A DNA stretch of 64,000 nt from the IMG/VR virus record IMGVR_UViG_3300020595_003017, positions 64,001 to 128,000 of that record. The stretch is one strand, 5' to 3'. Under the pieces are notes generated by a model, which saw nothing but the letters and a program-made list of their open reading frames with translations, had not been told where the DNA came from and made no database searches. Positions 38,665 to 47,555 of the stretch are shown piece after piece. Source of the DNA: a virus. The translations under genes were made by a program, and so were the position numbers. Positions within the stretch are counted from its first letter, which is position 1. Each line of letters opens with the position of its first letter.

Positions 38665-38699
38665 CAAATCGATGATACCTTAGAGTATAAGGAGAGAGT
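38654..38699 (+). promoter_or_regulatory. Sigma70-like early promoter with GA-rich leader
   Basis: TTGACA-N16-TACCTT with TG, then tataaggagagagt-ATG. Confidence 0.75.
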
Positions 38700-38882
38700 A
38701 TGAATTGCTTTCAAATCGAAGTCCGTGGCACAACCTTTACAATCTGGGCACCTACCATTCAAGATGCTTTAGAAACTTTTATGATTGATATGGAGTTTTA
38801 TGAGGTGCCCAAGGAATTGGCTTCTATGGGTTCCTCCGATATGGGGGGTGATCTTTTTCCTGCTGAATGTAATGGTTTTTAA
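38700..38882 (+). CDS. Small early protein
   Basis: 60 aa ORF directly after the leader cassette. Confidence 0.65.
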   Translation: MNCFQIEVRGTTFTIWAPTIQDALETFMIDMEFYEVPKELASMGSSDMGGDLFPAECNGF

Positions 38883-39181
38883 TGAGTGTAAAAGATAATA
38901 GTTTTCAAGAGAGATTATCAAATTTTGTTAAGGATGACATCAATCCGAATCTCGCTGCCCACGGTGGCTGGATAGAAATCGTTTCAGCCGATGAAGATAC
39001 TGGAGTTGTTAAACTAAAAATGGGTGGAGGGTGTCAGGGTTGTGGGGCTAGCGCAGCAACCATGCAACACGGAATTAAGATGGCCTTAATGGACGAGTTT
39101 ACAGAGATAAATGAAGTTTTAGATGCCACTGATCACAGTGCCGGAGAAAATCCTTTCTATATGGGTAATCCTTTTAAATAA
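38882..39181 (+). CDS. NifU C-terminal (NfuA-like) Fe-S carrier
   Basis: INPNLAAHGG and GGGCQGC (CxxC). Confidence 0.9.
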   Translation: MSVKDNSFQERLSNFVKDDINPNLAAHGGWIEIVSADEDTGVVKLKMGGGCQGCGASAATMQHGIKMALMDEFTEINEVLDATDHSAGENPFYMGNPFK

Positions 39182-39195
39182 AAGATAAATAAAAC

Positions 39196-39244
39196 TTGAC
39201 TTCTACGTTAACAGTGATATTATAGGTTTGTAAGGGAGAGAGAT
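39196..39244 (+). promoter_or_regulatory. Sigma70-like early promoter with GA-rich leader
   Basis: TTGACT-N16-TATTAT with TG, then gtttgtaagggagagagat-ATG. Confidence 0.82.
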
Positions 39245-39718
39245 ATGAAGTTAGAGTCTGCTCTTAAAAAGATTCGCAATCGTGCCAAAGCTGTCAATCG
39301 TGAGGTTATGATTGAACAGAATGATTATCACAATAATAACCACCCCAAGGTCTATGTTTACTTTGAAGGTTCCAACCAGCTTATTTCATTCTGGACAAAC
39401 AGCGACGGCAGCATTAGTGCTCCTCATGTCAAGCGTCAAGGTGATGAGTCTGACCCTCACACGGACTACTTCCCCGGTTGCTTTTATGACAACATTACGC
39501 AAGCACTCAACTCGATTGCTCCGCTGCCTCCCAAATACCCGGTCGGCTCGTTAGTCCGCTTCAAAGACAATAAGCGTAACAACCGTTGGAAGTTGGCTGG
39601 CAAGGTTGCCTTGGTAATCCAAGCCGAAGCTGGTGGCAACTACAAGGTTCAGTACGAAGGTAGTGAAGATCGCTACAACCCCTTCTACGCCCAGCGTGAT
39701 ATTGAGCGGGTGTCATAA
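39245..39718 (+). CDS. Early protein with a C-terminal SH3/KOW-like domain
   Basis: YPVGSLVRFK...VALVI...YKVQY. Confidence 0.7.
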   Translation: MKLESALKKIRNRAKAVNREVMIEQNDYHNNNHPKVYVYFEGSNQLISFWTNSDGSISAPHVKRQGDESDPHTDYFPGCFYDNITQALNSIAPLPPKYPVGSLVRFKDNKRNNRWKLAGKVALVIQAEAGGNYKVQYEGSEDRYNPFYAQRDIERVS

Positions 39719-39723
39719 AAAAC

Positions 39724-39770
39724 TTGACTCCTAGTCAATCCGTGATAATATAAGATATAAGGAGAGAGAA
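39724..39770 (+). promoter_or_regulatory. Sigma70-like early promoter with GA-rich leader
   Basis: TTGACT-N16-TAATAT with TG, then tataaggagagagaa-ATG. Confidence 0.82.
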
Positions 39771-40085
39771 ATGGCTGCTGCGAATCCCGAAGTCGAATTT
39801 CACATGAACGGTTTTCTTAACGAGTGTGTGGAGATGTTGAACAATCATTATGATTCTAAGTTCCCGAACTTGCCTCGCCCAGAGGTCAAAGTCAAAGCGG
39901 GTGGTAAATACTACAAAGTTTATCAGGATGCCGGCGAATACCACAAGAGCGTTTGGTTCTTCGTCGGTAAAGAGGACGGCTTGATTTGGAAGGCTGCTTC
40001 TTGGAAGTCTCCTGCTCGCAACTTCGCTCGTGGAAATATTCTTGAAGACAAAGCAAAAGACGTCATCGGAGTTTATGGATTATGA
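39771..40085 (+). CDS. Conserved early phage protein
   Basis: GKYYKV...VWFFV..EDGLIWKAASWKSPA..ARGNI pattern, recalled from T4-like phages. Confidence 0.7.
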   Translation: MAAANPEVEFHMNGFLNECVEMLNNHYDSKFPNLPRPEVKVKAGGKYYKVYQDAGEYHKSVWFFVGKEDGLIWKAASWKSPARNFARGNILEDKAKDVIGVYGL

Positions 40086-40366
40086 TTTTAGCTGCCCTTG
40101 TTTTACTTGCTGCCCCAGGTTTAGAGACTAATGTCGTAAATCAAGGCAACCCTTCAACAGGCATTTATTGTCCAGTCTTTATGACTAAAGGCGAGGCCAT
40201 CTTCGGCGGACCAGATGTAAAACCTCGGGGACTTAATAAAGTTCTACAAAAACACATGTGCTTTACACACGTTGTGATGCCTCTTCAGCAGATCTGTATT
40301 ATGGAAGGTCATAACGAAAAGCGTTGTAAAATGAGAACTGTCAAATGGATTAAGAAAAAGAAATAG
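40082..40366 (+). CDS. Putative exported Cys-containing protein
   Basis: MILAALVLLAAP signal-like start. Confidence 0.55.
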   Translation: MILAALVLLAAPGLETNVVNQGNPSTGIYCPVFMTKGEAIFGGPDVKPRGLNKVLQKHMCFTHVVMPLQQICIMEGHNEKRCKMRTVKWIKKKK

Positions 40367-40511
40367 GAAAAAAATGTTTATCCTTAGATTAAGAAAAGAT
40401 GTGTGGATGCCTGCTTTGATGTTTCTCTCCGGTATTGCCACAGGAATGGTTGGCGGAGCACTTTTGAGTTTAGAGTACCCTATTTATTGGCTAACCTTTT
40501 AGAGGGATATA

Positions 40512-40718
40512 ATGTCAGAGAACAAGAAACAGTGGAAATGCAATTTCAAGCTTGAGATTATCAGCAAAGAGGGAGCATCACTAGATGATTTTAATGCTTC
40601 CCTTGATAAATTTGTTAGTGATTGGATTGATGTTATCCCCGACACAGGAACAGCAGCACCGGAAAGTGCTATTGACTTCTGGCACGGCGGATTACACTTC
40701 CCACCAGACGAAGAGTAG
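40512..40718 (+). CDS. Small acidic protein
   Basis: 68 aa ORF with a GAGGG SD. Confidence 0.55.
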   Translation: MSENKKQWKCNFKLEIISKEGASLDDFNASLDKFVSDWIDVIPDTGTAAPESAIDFWHGGLHFPPDEE

Positions 40719-40922
40719 AATTTAGGGAAACAAATAAATGAATAAACGACGATAAGTGTCAGGGTTAAACCCGAACCGATCTGGCAGGAAGCATAAAGAG
40801 CCAGCGTCCCTACCTTCAGTACCCACATACCTTTGAAGAGTTGCGTGTGGAAGACGGCTTGTAGGGTCAGATACAAATGTAACAGGAGTCCAGATGTACT
40901 TGGGCAAAAACTCTTCACATTT

Positions 40923-40999
<77 letters not shown>

Positions 41000-41006
41000 A
41001 GGAGTT

Positions 41007-41615
41007 ATGATGTTGAGAGTTTTAGGAAAATTACCAAGAGAACTGGTCGTCGCTGTCAGCGGCGGTCCAGACTCTATGGCTATCTTGGACTTTCTTAATA
41101 ACAGTCATAAAGTGACTGCCTATTATTTTGATCATGGAACAGAGTTTGGAGTTGAGGGTTATCGTTTCCTTAAGGACTATTGTGGAAAGAAAAATATTCC
41201 CTTAATTGTAGATTATATTTCTTCTTCCCGACCAAAGGGCAAATCCATGGAAGAGCACTGGCGTGATGAACGGTACAAATGCTTTCACGCTTTTGATTTT
41301 CCGGTTATCACGGGTCATCACTTAAACGATGTGATTGAGTGGTTTTTATTTTCTTCTATGCACGGACAGGGAAAAGTTATTCCCTACAAGAACAAAAACG
41401 TTTTTAGACCGTTTATCTCTACTCCTAAAAGCAAACTGCTTGACTGGTGTGAGCGCAAGGAAGTTCCTTATCTGGTTGATCCGGCAAACGAGAACCGAGA
41501 CTTCATGCGAAGCATTATTCGACACGATATTGTGCCCCATGCCGAAATGGTAAATCCAGGGATCGAAAAAACATTTAAAAAAATAGTAGAAAGGGAGTAT
41601 AATCTATTATACTAA
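41007..41615 (+). CDS. tilS: tRNA(Ile)-lysidine synthase, PP-loop domain only
   Basis: VAVSGGPDS, DH, RDERY, TGHHLNDVIE, RP, DPAN and R..IRHDIVP motifs; SD directly after the tRNA-Arg CCA. Confidence 0.88.
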   Translation: MMLRVLGKLPRELVVAVSGGPDSMAILDFLNNSHKVTAYYFDHGTEFGVEGYRFLKDYCGKKNIPLIVDYISSSRPKGKSMEEHWRDERYKCFHAFDFPVITGHHLNDVIEWFLFSSMHGQGKVIPYKNKNVFRPFISTPKSKLLDWCERKEVPYLVDPANENRDFMRSIIRHDIVPHAEMVNPGIEKTFKKIVEREYNLLY

Positions 41616-41692
41616 GGGGGGTTAGCTCAATTGGTTAGAGCAACTGACTCATAATCAGTAGGTTCTAGGTTCAAGTCCTAGACCCCCTACCA
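41616..41692 (+). tRNA. tRNA with CAU anticodon, probably Ile2 (elongator Met not excluded)
   Basis: GGGGGGT/ACCCCCT stem, ACTGA-ctCATaa-TCAGT, CCA. It lacks initiator features and abuts tilS. Confidence 0.9.
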
Positions 41693-41693
41693 T

Positions 41694-41769
41694 GCCCGAA
41701 TAGCTCAATTGGCAGAGCAGTGGTTTTGTAAACCAAAGGTTGCAGGTTCAATTCCTGCTTTGGGCACCA
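41694..41769 (+). tRNA. tRNA-Thr(UGU)
   Basis: GCCCGAA/TTTGGGC stem, ttTGTaa loop, CCA. Confidence 0.95.
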
Positions 41770-41772
41770 TAA

Positions 41773-41847
41773 GCGGCTATCGTATAATGGCCATTACCTC
41801 AGGTTTCCAACCTGATGATCTCGGTTCGATCCCGAGTAGCCGCTCCA
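41773..41847 (+). tRNA. tRNA-Gly(UCC)
   Basis: GCGGCTA/TAGCCGC stem, TCAGG-ttTCCaa-CCTGA, U73, CCA. Confidence 0.96.
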
Positions 41848-41858
41848 AAAGGAAAAAA

Positions 41859-42347
41859 ATGTATAAAGATTTGATAACAGAAATTCCAAACTGGCCAAAA
41901 GAAGGTGTAACATTCAAGGATATAAGTCCGTTACTAAAATCAGATAGGTTTCACCAAGCGATACGAGACTTGGGAGAAAAGTTTAACAACCTCGATGAGG
42001 TTGATTTTTTTGTTGGCATTGACTCAAGAGGTTTTATATTTGCCTCTGCCTTAGCAACCATGTTTGGTAAGGGTGTGGTGCTAGCAAGAAAAAAAGGTAA
42101 ACTACCACCACCATTTGTCAGTGTACATTACGAACTGGAATATGGTAAGGACTATTTGCAGATGGGCAACGGCAGCGGAAACGTTATCATAGTTGATGAT
42201 GTTTTGGCTACTGGCGGAACCCTCAAAGCAACCCAGGAATTATGTAGGACGGCGGGCTACAACGTAATAGACTGTGGTGTTCTGATAGATTTAAAATTTT
42301 TACATGATGATGATATAAAAGCAAAAAGTGTTATAGAATATGAATAG
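41859..42347 (+). CDS. apt: Adenine phosphoribosyltransferase
   Basis: PNWPKEGVTFKDI, DSRGF, RKKGKLP, LEYG and VDDVLATGGT. The true start is 41859. Confidence 0.95.
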   Translation: MYKDLITEIPNWPKEGVTFKDISPLLKSDRFHQAIRDLGEKFNNLDEVDFFVGIDSRGFIFASALATMFGKGVVLARKKGKLPPPFVSVHYELEYGKDYLQMGNGSGNVIIVDDVLATGGTLKATQELCRTAGYNVIDCGVLIDLKFLHDDDIKAKSVIEYE

Positions 42348-42915
42348 AATAGTTGTATTGTGTGCTTTGCCAGAAGAGACACAAGGTTTAGTTGAGGAGT
42401 ATGTCCCTACGTTTTATACAGGCGTTGGAAAAGTTAATGCAACTATGACAGCTATGAGGTGTATTATAGATTACAACCCAGATTTGATTATAAACTTTGG
42501 CACTGCTGGCAGTAACAAGGTTGACCAAGGTACGTTAGTTGATTGCACTAATTTTATCCAAAGAGATATGCACATAAAAGAATTAGGATTTGATCTAGGG
42601 GTTACACCATTCGAAGATAAAGACACATCTTTATTATCTTTCCCTTCAGAAAACCCAATCAATAAAAGACTTACTTGTGGTACTGGCGATACGTTCGTTA
42701 GCGATATGAAAAACACTCCTTATGATGTTGTTGATATGGAATCATATGCTATCGCCAAATGCTGCTACGAGTGCGATATTGATTTTGTGTCTTTCAAATA
42801 TATTACTGATGGTGCTAATGATGATGCACCAAGTGATTGGAATGAAAACTGTAAAAACGGTGCGAATGCCTTTATTGAGGTTTTGCAAAAGTATTTGGAG
42901 AATAAAGATGAATAA
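42340..42915 (+). CDS. mtnN: MTA/SAH nucleosidase-like protein (PNP/UDP phosphorylase family)
   Basis: TGVGKVNA, INFGTAG, VDMESYAIA and KYITD. Confidence 0.8.
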   Translation: MNRIVVLCALPEETQGLVEEYVPTFYTGVGKVNATMTAMRCIIDYNPDLIINFGTAGSNKVDQGTLVDCTNFIQRDMHIKELGFDLGVTPFEDKDTSLLSFPSENPINKRLTCGTGDTFVSDMKNTPYDVVDMESYAIAKCCYECDIDFVSFKYITDGANDDAPSDWNENCKNGANAFIEVLQKYLENKDE

Positions 42916-43114
42916 TTTACTCAGAGCAGCGTTAAGTCATTACCAGGCACAAAAAGATGAGGCTATTGCCGTGCTTGAGATTTATTTCGAAAGTTCTGTA
43001 GGTATCGGAGAACACTCAAATTTATTAAAAGAAATTACAGAGTGGACAGAAAAACTTACCGATGCAGAAGAAAATATTGAAACTCTTAAAAAGTTTTATG
43101 AAATAAACGAATAG
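42908..43114 (+). CDS. Small conserved phage protein
   Basis: SVGIGEH motif; 68 aa. Confidence 0.65.
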   Translation: MNNLLRAALSHYQAQKDEAIAVLEIYFESSVGIGEHSNLLKEITEWTEKLTDAEENIETLKKFYEINE

Positions 43115-43245
43115 TTTAAGTTTACAAACTAATTACTATAAGAGTCAGATAGCTGACCAGTTCCTTTACTAAATGGTTATACTAAGTTCAGATTGGTGAC
43201 CCCAATCCTGATGGTGTAAATACCCATATTTAGGAGGAAAAAAAT

Positions 43246-44622
43246 ATGGCTTTTAGTACGTTCTCTGGTTCTAATTCAGGTAACCGAGCGTTTCAATTAA
43301 ATGGTGAAATCCTTGGTGGTGTCGTTGTTAGCGGTACTTTGTTTGGTGGTTTGCCTGTTTTTACTGGCTCAACCGACGGGATCCCGATTGCGGCACACGC
43401 CAAATATGCCCTCAGTAGATCATTCGCCGACAATGATGCCTCAGGTTCTATTATTCAGGCCCTCAATTATCTAGAGGCACGAGCCGGACTTTCCGGGGAT
43501 GTTACTTTTGTAAATGTTAACAATGCACTTCAAGAGTCTACTGGTTCTATACTTTTAGGTGACCCAAGTCGAACTGATACAATAAGTGGTTCGGGTCCAA
43601 TCAATATAGTTGGTGCAGGGTTCCTAGGTTCTTTAATAACAACTGGTTCGATATCTTCATCTGCCGGATCGTTGATCATTGGTGGTGGTACTACACTAAC
43701 CGGTCTGCTTGACGTTTCTGGTGTAATTACGGCTGCTGGAAACATTAGTTCTTCAGCCGCATTAATGATTGGTGGTGCTACTACACTAACCAACACGCTT
43801 GACGTTTCTGGTGCAGCAACGATTGTTGGTACCACTGCATTAAGAGGTAGATTGAATGTAACTGGTAATATTTCTGGTACTGCTGATGTTGCTGGTCAGG
43901 CATTAAAGATACAAGCTGGTGCAACTCTGACAGGTGCTTTAGTTCAACACGGTGGAACTACACTTCAAGGAGAACTTAGTTCTTCGGGTGGAGCAGTCTT
44001 CCTTGGTACAGTTATTACCAACACATTTGAAGCATCCAGTAGCCTCTTGGTAGCTGGCAACGCAGGGGTGACTGGTACTGTTCACGCTGGCAGTGACATT
44101 TCTGGTGCTGCTGATATTGCCGGACAGGAATTAAAAATCCAAGCTGGTTCAACCATCACTGGTAGTAGTGTATTCCACGGAGCCATATCGGGTGGCTTGG
44201 GCGCAACATTTGTAGAAGGTGTTATAGCATCAACACTTGAAGCATCCAGTAGTATTTTTTGTGGAGCATCAGTTGTTGTTACTGGCGCTAGTGGATTTGT
44301 TATGGCCACTTCAATGATTTCAAACCAAACAATTCTAGCTTCAACCTCTATGACTGGTGTTGTGGGCTTGAACCTTGGTGGTGAAAGTTTGATCAGAATC
44401 CACAATAATATTAAAGAGCCAGTTCTGAACGTTAGTGGTACTATTTTCGTTTCGGGTGCAGCATCAGCTAACCCAATCAAACTACAACTTGGTACTTCCG
44501 CTGCAAGTTGTAGTTTGGATATGATTCCATATATTCAAACAATGGGTGTTGATGAAGCGGGTAAATTAAAGTTGTTTAAGTTACAGATTTCTGGTGGTAT
44601 GTTCCAAGTTAGCGAAGCATAA
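43246..44622 (+). CDS. Gly/Ser/Thr-rich repeat protein, probable fibre or spike
   Basis: Internal repeats (GNISGTADVAGQALKIQAGATLTG / SDISGAADIAGQELKIQAGSTITG; TTLT..LDVSG twice); TAGGAGGA SD. Confidence 0.7.
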   Translation: MAFSTFSGSNSGNRAFQLNGEILGGVVVSGTLFGGLPVFTGSTDGIPIAAHAKYALSRSFADNDASGSIIQALNYLEARAGLSGDVTFVNVNNALQESTGSILLGDPSRTDTISGSGPINIVGAGFLGSLITTGSISSSAGSLIIGGGTTLTGLLDVSGVITAAGNISSSAALMIGGATTLTNTLDVSGAATIVGTTALRGRLNVTGNISGTADVAGQALKIQAGATLTGALVQHGGTTLQGELSSSGGAVFLGTVITNTFEASSSLLVAGNAGVTGTVHAGSDISGAADIAGQELKIQAGSTITGSSVFHGAISGGLGATFVEGVIASTLEASSSIFCGASVVVTGASGFVMATSMISNQTILASTSMTGVVGLNLGGESLIRIHNNIKEPVLNVSGTIFVSGAASANPIKLQLGTSAASCSLDMIPYIQTMGVDEAGKLKLFKLQISGGMFQVSEA

Positions 44623-44647
44623 CATAGCACTGACAAATTGTTTTATT

Positions 44648-44676
44648 AAAAAGGGGGCGCTTGCCCCCTTTTTTTT
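44648..44676. terminator. Rho-independent terminator (potentially bidirectional)
   Basis: aaaaagggggc-gctt-gcccccttttttttt. Confidence 0.88.
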
Positions 44677-44689
44677 GTCTATATATGAC

Positions 44690-45241
44690 ATGTCTCGACA
44701 ATTCAAAAAACTTACTCTGCAATATTCTTACCTCAAGATGGAAGTAGAAGACATAAAAGATGTTTGTGCCTCAGTTGAAAAAGATATACGCTCTTATATG
44801 AAGAAAAATTACCCTCAACATTATAAAGACTTTTTTGCAGATGATTCTAAAGTTTCAAATAAAGAACAAACAAGTGACGAAACAATTGAGAGTAAAATAA
44901 AAAATAAAGATCTTAAAAAATTGTATCGAAAAATAGCTTCAAAAATCCACCCAGATAAAACAAACAATAAAAAGGAATCAGACCTGTTTGCTCAAGCGGC
45001 TAAAGCATACTCAGAAAATAATGTTGGAAAAATATTAGAAATAGCAGGCTTGATTAATATAGAGATACCAGAATTATCTGATGATACTATTTCTCTTTTA
45101 CAAAACAATATAAATGAGGTATATAAAGAAATAGAGACAAGAAAGAAAAGTTCTGCATGGTTTTGGCACCATTCCAATACAGAGGAAGAAAAACTTAACA
45201 TCATTAACCAAATATTAGGATCAAAAGGAATATCTCTATGA
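44690..45241 (+). CDS. J-domain (DnaJ-like) protein
   Basis: KKLYRKIASKIHPDK...LFAQAAKAY. Confidence 0.75.
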   Translation: MSRQFKKLTLQYSYLKMEVEDIKDVCASVEKDIRSYMKKNYPQHYKDFFADDSKVSNKEQTSDETIESKIKNKDLKKLYRKIASKIHPDKTNNKKESDLFAQAAKAYSENNVGKILEIAGLINIEIPELSDDTISLLQNNINEVYKEIETRKKSSAWFWHHSNTEEEKLNIINQILGSKGISL

Positions 45242-45510
45242 CAAACAAAAATATAAATGTAACAATCCATACGGATGATATCAGAAGAGTTGCTGACTCT
45301 AACCTAGGCCATGTTCTAAACAGGTTTATGTCTAAATATTCAAATAAGGTGTCAGACCTAGGCAATAACATGCATACAGAATCAAAAGAAAAAATTTTAA
45401 ATGATATGGCAGAATTGATATCCGTATTAGAAGGAACAATTCCTGAAATTGCTGCTATTGCTGCTTATGTTAATGAGATAGAGGACTTACCTGTCATCAC
45501 CGATACATAG
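45238..45510 (+). CDS. Hypothetical protein
   Basis: 90 aa ORF; 24-nt convergent overlap with the minus-strand gene. Confidence 0.55.
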   Translation: MTNKNINVTIHTDDIRRVADSNLGHVLNRFMSKYSNKVSDLGNNMHTESKEKILNDMAELISVLEGTIPEIAAIAAYVNEIEDLPVITDT

Positions 45511-46743
45511 GTCCTCAAAAATTTGTCTAATTTGGATAAAAACCGTTTCAGAGTTTACGGCGGGAGTGAATAGCCTTCTTTGTTCTCCATGAACACACGC
45601 TAGAAATGTGTTATGATGCGGTTGTAAAGCAAAAACAAAAAGTTCAAAAAGTTCGTCTTGAGCGATTGAAGAAATTTCTGCGCAGTTCTTCCCCAAAACG
45701 GTTTGGGCTACTTCATCCGTCATCGTTATAATTACCTTTTGTGCCCCGGATCTCCAAGAAAAAGGATAAAGGGTCATCGACCAAAACATTGTATCGATGG
45801 TTGGTTCCACTCCAGAACTTTGTATCATTCTACCGGCTTCTAGGATGTCCAAAAACTCATCAGCCGGAACAAAGTCAGAGACCATTCTTGCGTACTGATA
45901 TGGAGGTCTTCTTTCTCCATTGCCTGCCGTACCTACAACAACCAGTCCAAAGCGAAATGTGCTCGTTATCGGGTCGTCTAAAAGCGGAGCAATACCTTGT
46001 ATCATTGATTCTATCTCTTCATTGAACGAACCAGAAATATCAAGAACAAAAACTAAATCTACACCACGGGTATCAAACCCTTCGTCTACTTCTCCATCAC
46101 AATCGTTATCTAGATTATCACAACGCTCTTGGGCTGGTAATATTTGACCATCACAAGGTCCGTCAAAGCCTCCATCTGTACAGTATCGAACACCAGCACG
46201 ACACTCTCCTACAGCCATAGTTCCATCTGGTCCTTCATAACAAACAATAGCTGTAGAATTGGCTATACCTTCATCTATTGATCCATTACAATTATTGTCG
46301 AGTCCATCACAGATCTCATCAGAGGGCCCAGTATGACCATCACAATAGACACCTCCATTGTCGCATTTCATCACACCTGGAGTGCATATGCCAACGCCAT
46401 AATCAGCGCCCTCAATAAATCCACATAGTTGATGTTCTTCTGGATATGTCTCATCTATAGCCACATCGCAATCATTATCTATACCATCACAAATTTCTTC
46501 TGCTGGTCCTCGTGCTCCTACACATTCTGACCAGCCGCTTGTCGTACAAGTTCTTAAGCCGTAAGAACATTGACCTGCCCTTTTTGCAACATCAATTGGA
46601 TCAGCAGCCGGAAAATCTTGACCCAACTCATCACAAACAAGTTTCTCGCCTGGTACACACTCAAGTCTTATGAGTTTTTCGTCGTCTATACATGCCGAAC
46701 AAGAAGTAAGTATCAGTGGCAATAATAAGACTAGCCGTTTCAT
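45487..46743 (-). CDS. Lipoprotein with Cys-rich MopE-type repeats and a C-terminal vWA domain
   Basis: Lipobox LTSC; three EICDGIDNDCD-type repeats; FVLDISGS (MIDAS) and IITMTDE. Confidence 0.85.
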   Translation of the reverse strand: MKRLVLLLPLILTSCSACIDDEKLIRLECVPGEKLVCDELGQDFPAADPIDVAKRAGQCSYGLRTCTTSGWSECVGARGPAEEICDGIDNDCDVAIDETYPEEHQLCGFIEGADYGVGICTPGVMKCDNGGVYCDGHTGPSDEICDGLDNNCNGSIDEGIANSTAIVCYEGPDGTMAVGECRAGVRYCTDGGFDGPCDGQILPAQERCDNLDNDCDGEVDEGFDTRGVDLVFVLDISGSFNEEIESMIQGIAPLLDDPITSTFRFGLVVVGTAGNGERRPPYQYARMVSDFVPADEFLDILEAGRMIQSSGVEPTIDTMFWSMTLYPFSWRSGAQKVIITMTDEVAQTVLGKNCAEISSIAQDELFELFVFALQPHHNTFLACVHGEQRRLFTPAVNSETVFIQIRQIFEDLCIGDDR

Positions 46744-47210
46744 TCCATTGTGGCCTCGACACAGGCATCATACGAATTGTAAAGAACCATTGTCATAGCC
46801 GTGCTATTGAAAACACGAAATCTAATTTGTTTAAGCGGAAGTTGATCTTTTCTATAAGATGCCGTCATTATTATAGGTGGTGATTCATCGGATTGTGTTG
46901 GGAGCTTAAAAGCAAACAGCAAAGAATTGCCGGGTCCATTCTGTAAGATACCAGCAATATAACCATCTTTAATAACTTCAGGAATGCCAATTTGGGCTGC
47001 GGCGTTGTCGCCGGGTTCAGTTGTTATACGATTACTGATGTGGACAACCCATTTACAATTACCGTGTTGACCCGGTGTATAGAATGTAGATTGTTTCGCA
47101 AATACGGTCTTGTAAAGACTGTTAGCTTTTATATGATAATGAAGCCCTATAGCAGACACTAAAGCTAGTATACTTAAAAGTGTAACTCTTTTAGTGAGAA
47201 AACTAAACAT
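46740..47210 (-). CDS. Membrane-anchored or exported protein
   Basis: N-terminal TM helix; overlaps the downstream start. Confidence 0.6.
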   Translation of the reverse strand: MFSFLTKRVTLLSILALVSAIGLHYHIKANSLYKTVFAKQSTFYTPGQHGNCKWVVHISNRITTEPGDNAAAQIGIPEVIKDGYIAGILQNGPGNSLLFAFKLPTQSDESPPIIMTASYRKDQLPLKQIRFRVFNSTAMTMVLYNSYDACVEATME

Positions 47211-47221
47211 AAAACCACCCC

Positions 47222-47503
47222 TTATTGGAGAGGATCTAACTCTAGTACCTCTCCGTTGGGAGATAAAGTAATGAAGGGCATTTTCTTTATCTCTTTATTA
47301 AGTATCTGGTTGTTGCTAGTTTTTGTTTTCTTTTCTATCCAGACAAGAATTTGAGTTTTTTCCTTAACTTGCCCTACATATGACCATTTTCCCTGTATTT
47401 TTTTCCAAACTTCAGGAAAATCAATAGGTTGACCCGAAAATAGTAAAATACCTGACAACATAACGCTGTTTAACATAAGATAATATTCCTTTAATGAATT
47501 CAT
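47222..47503 (-). CDS. Small putative exported protein
   Basis: 93 aa ORF with a hydrophobic N-terminus; AAGGG SD precedes the next minus gene. Confidence 0.5.
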   Translation of the reverse strand: MNSLKEYYLMLNSVMLSGILLFSGQPIDFPEVWKKIQGKWSYVGQVKEKTQILVWIEKKTKTSNNQILNKEIKKMPFITLSPNGEVLELDPLQ

Positions 47504-47555
47504 AACAAAGATTTACTGTGGATAATTAGTTCCCTTTCAATCTACTTACTTTATT

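Noticed and set aside
40755-40795. tcagg...aggaagca resembling the SRP RNA helix 8
   Set aside because: The two halves are about 25 nt apart with no GNRA-capped stem between them, so it does not fit 4.5S RNA.
41616-41692. Initiator tRNA-fMet
   Set aside because: It lacks the C1:A72 mismatch and the three consecutive G-C pairs in the anticodon stem.
41709-41858. N-terminal 50 aa of ORF 41709..42347
   Set aside because: It overlaps tRNA-Thr and tRNA-Gly. apt starts at 41859.
47517-47525. Perfect DnaA box (TGTGGATAA) at the divergent junction
   Set aside because: A single 9-mer is expected by chance in a 64 kb AT-rich window, and there is no cluster around it.
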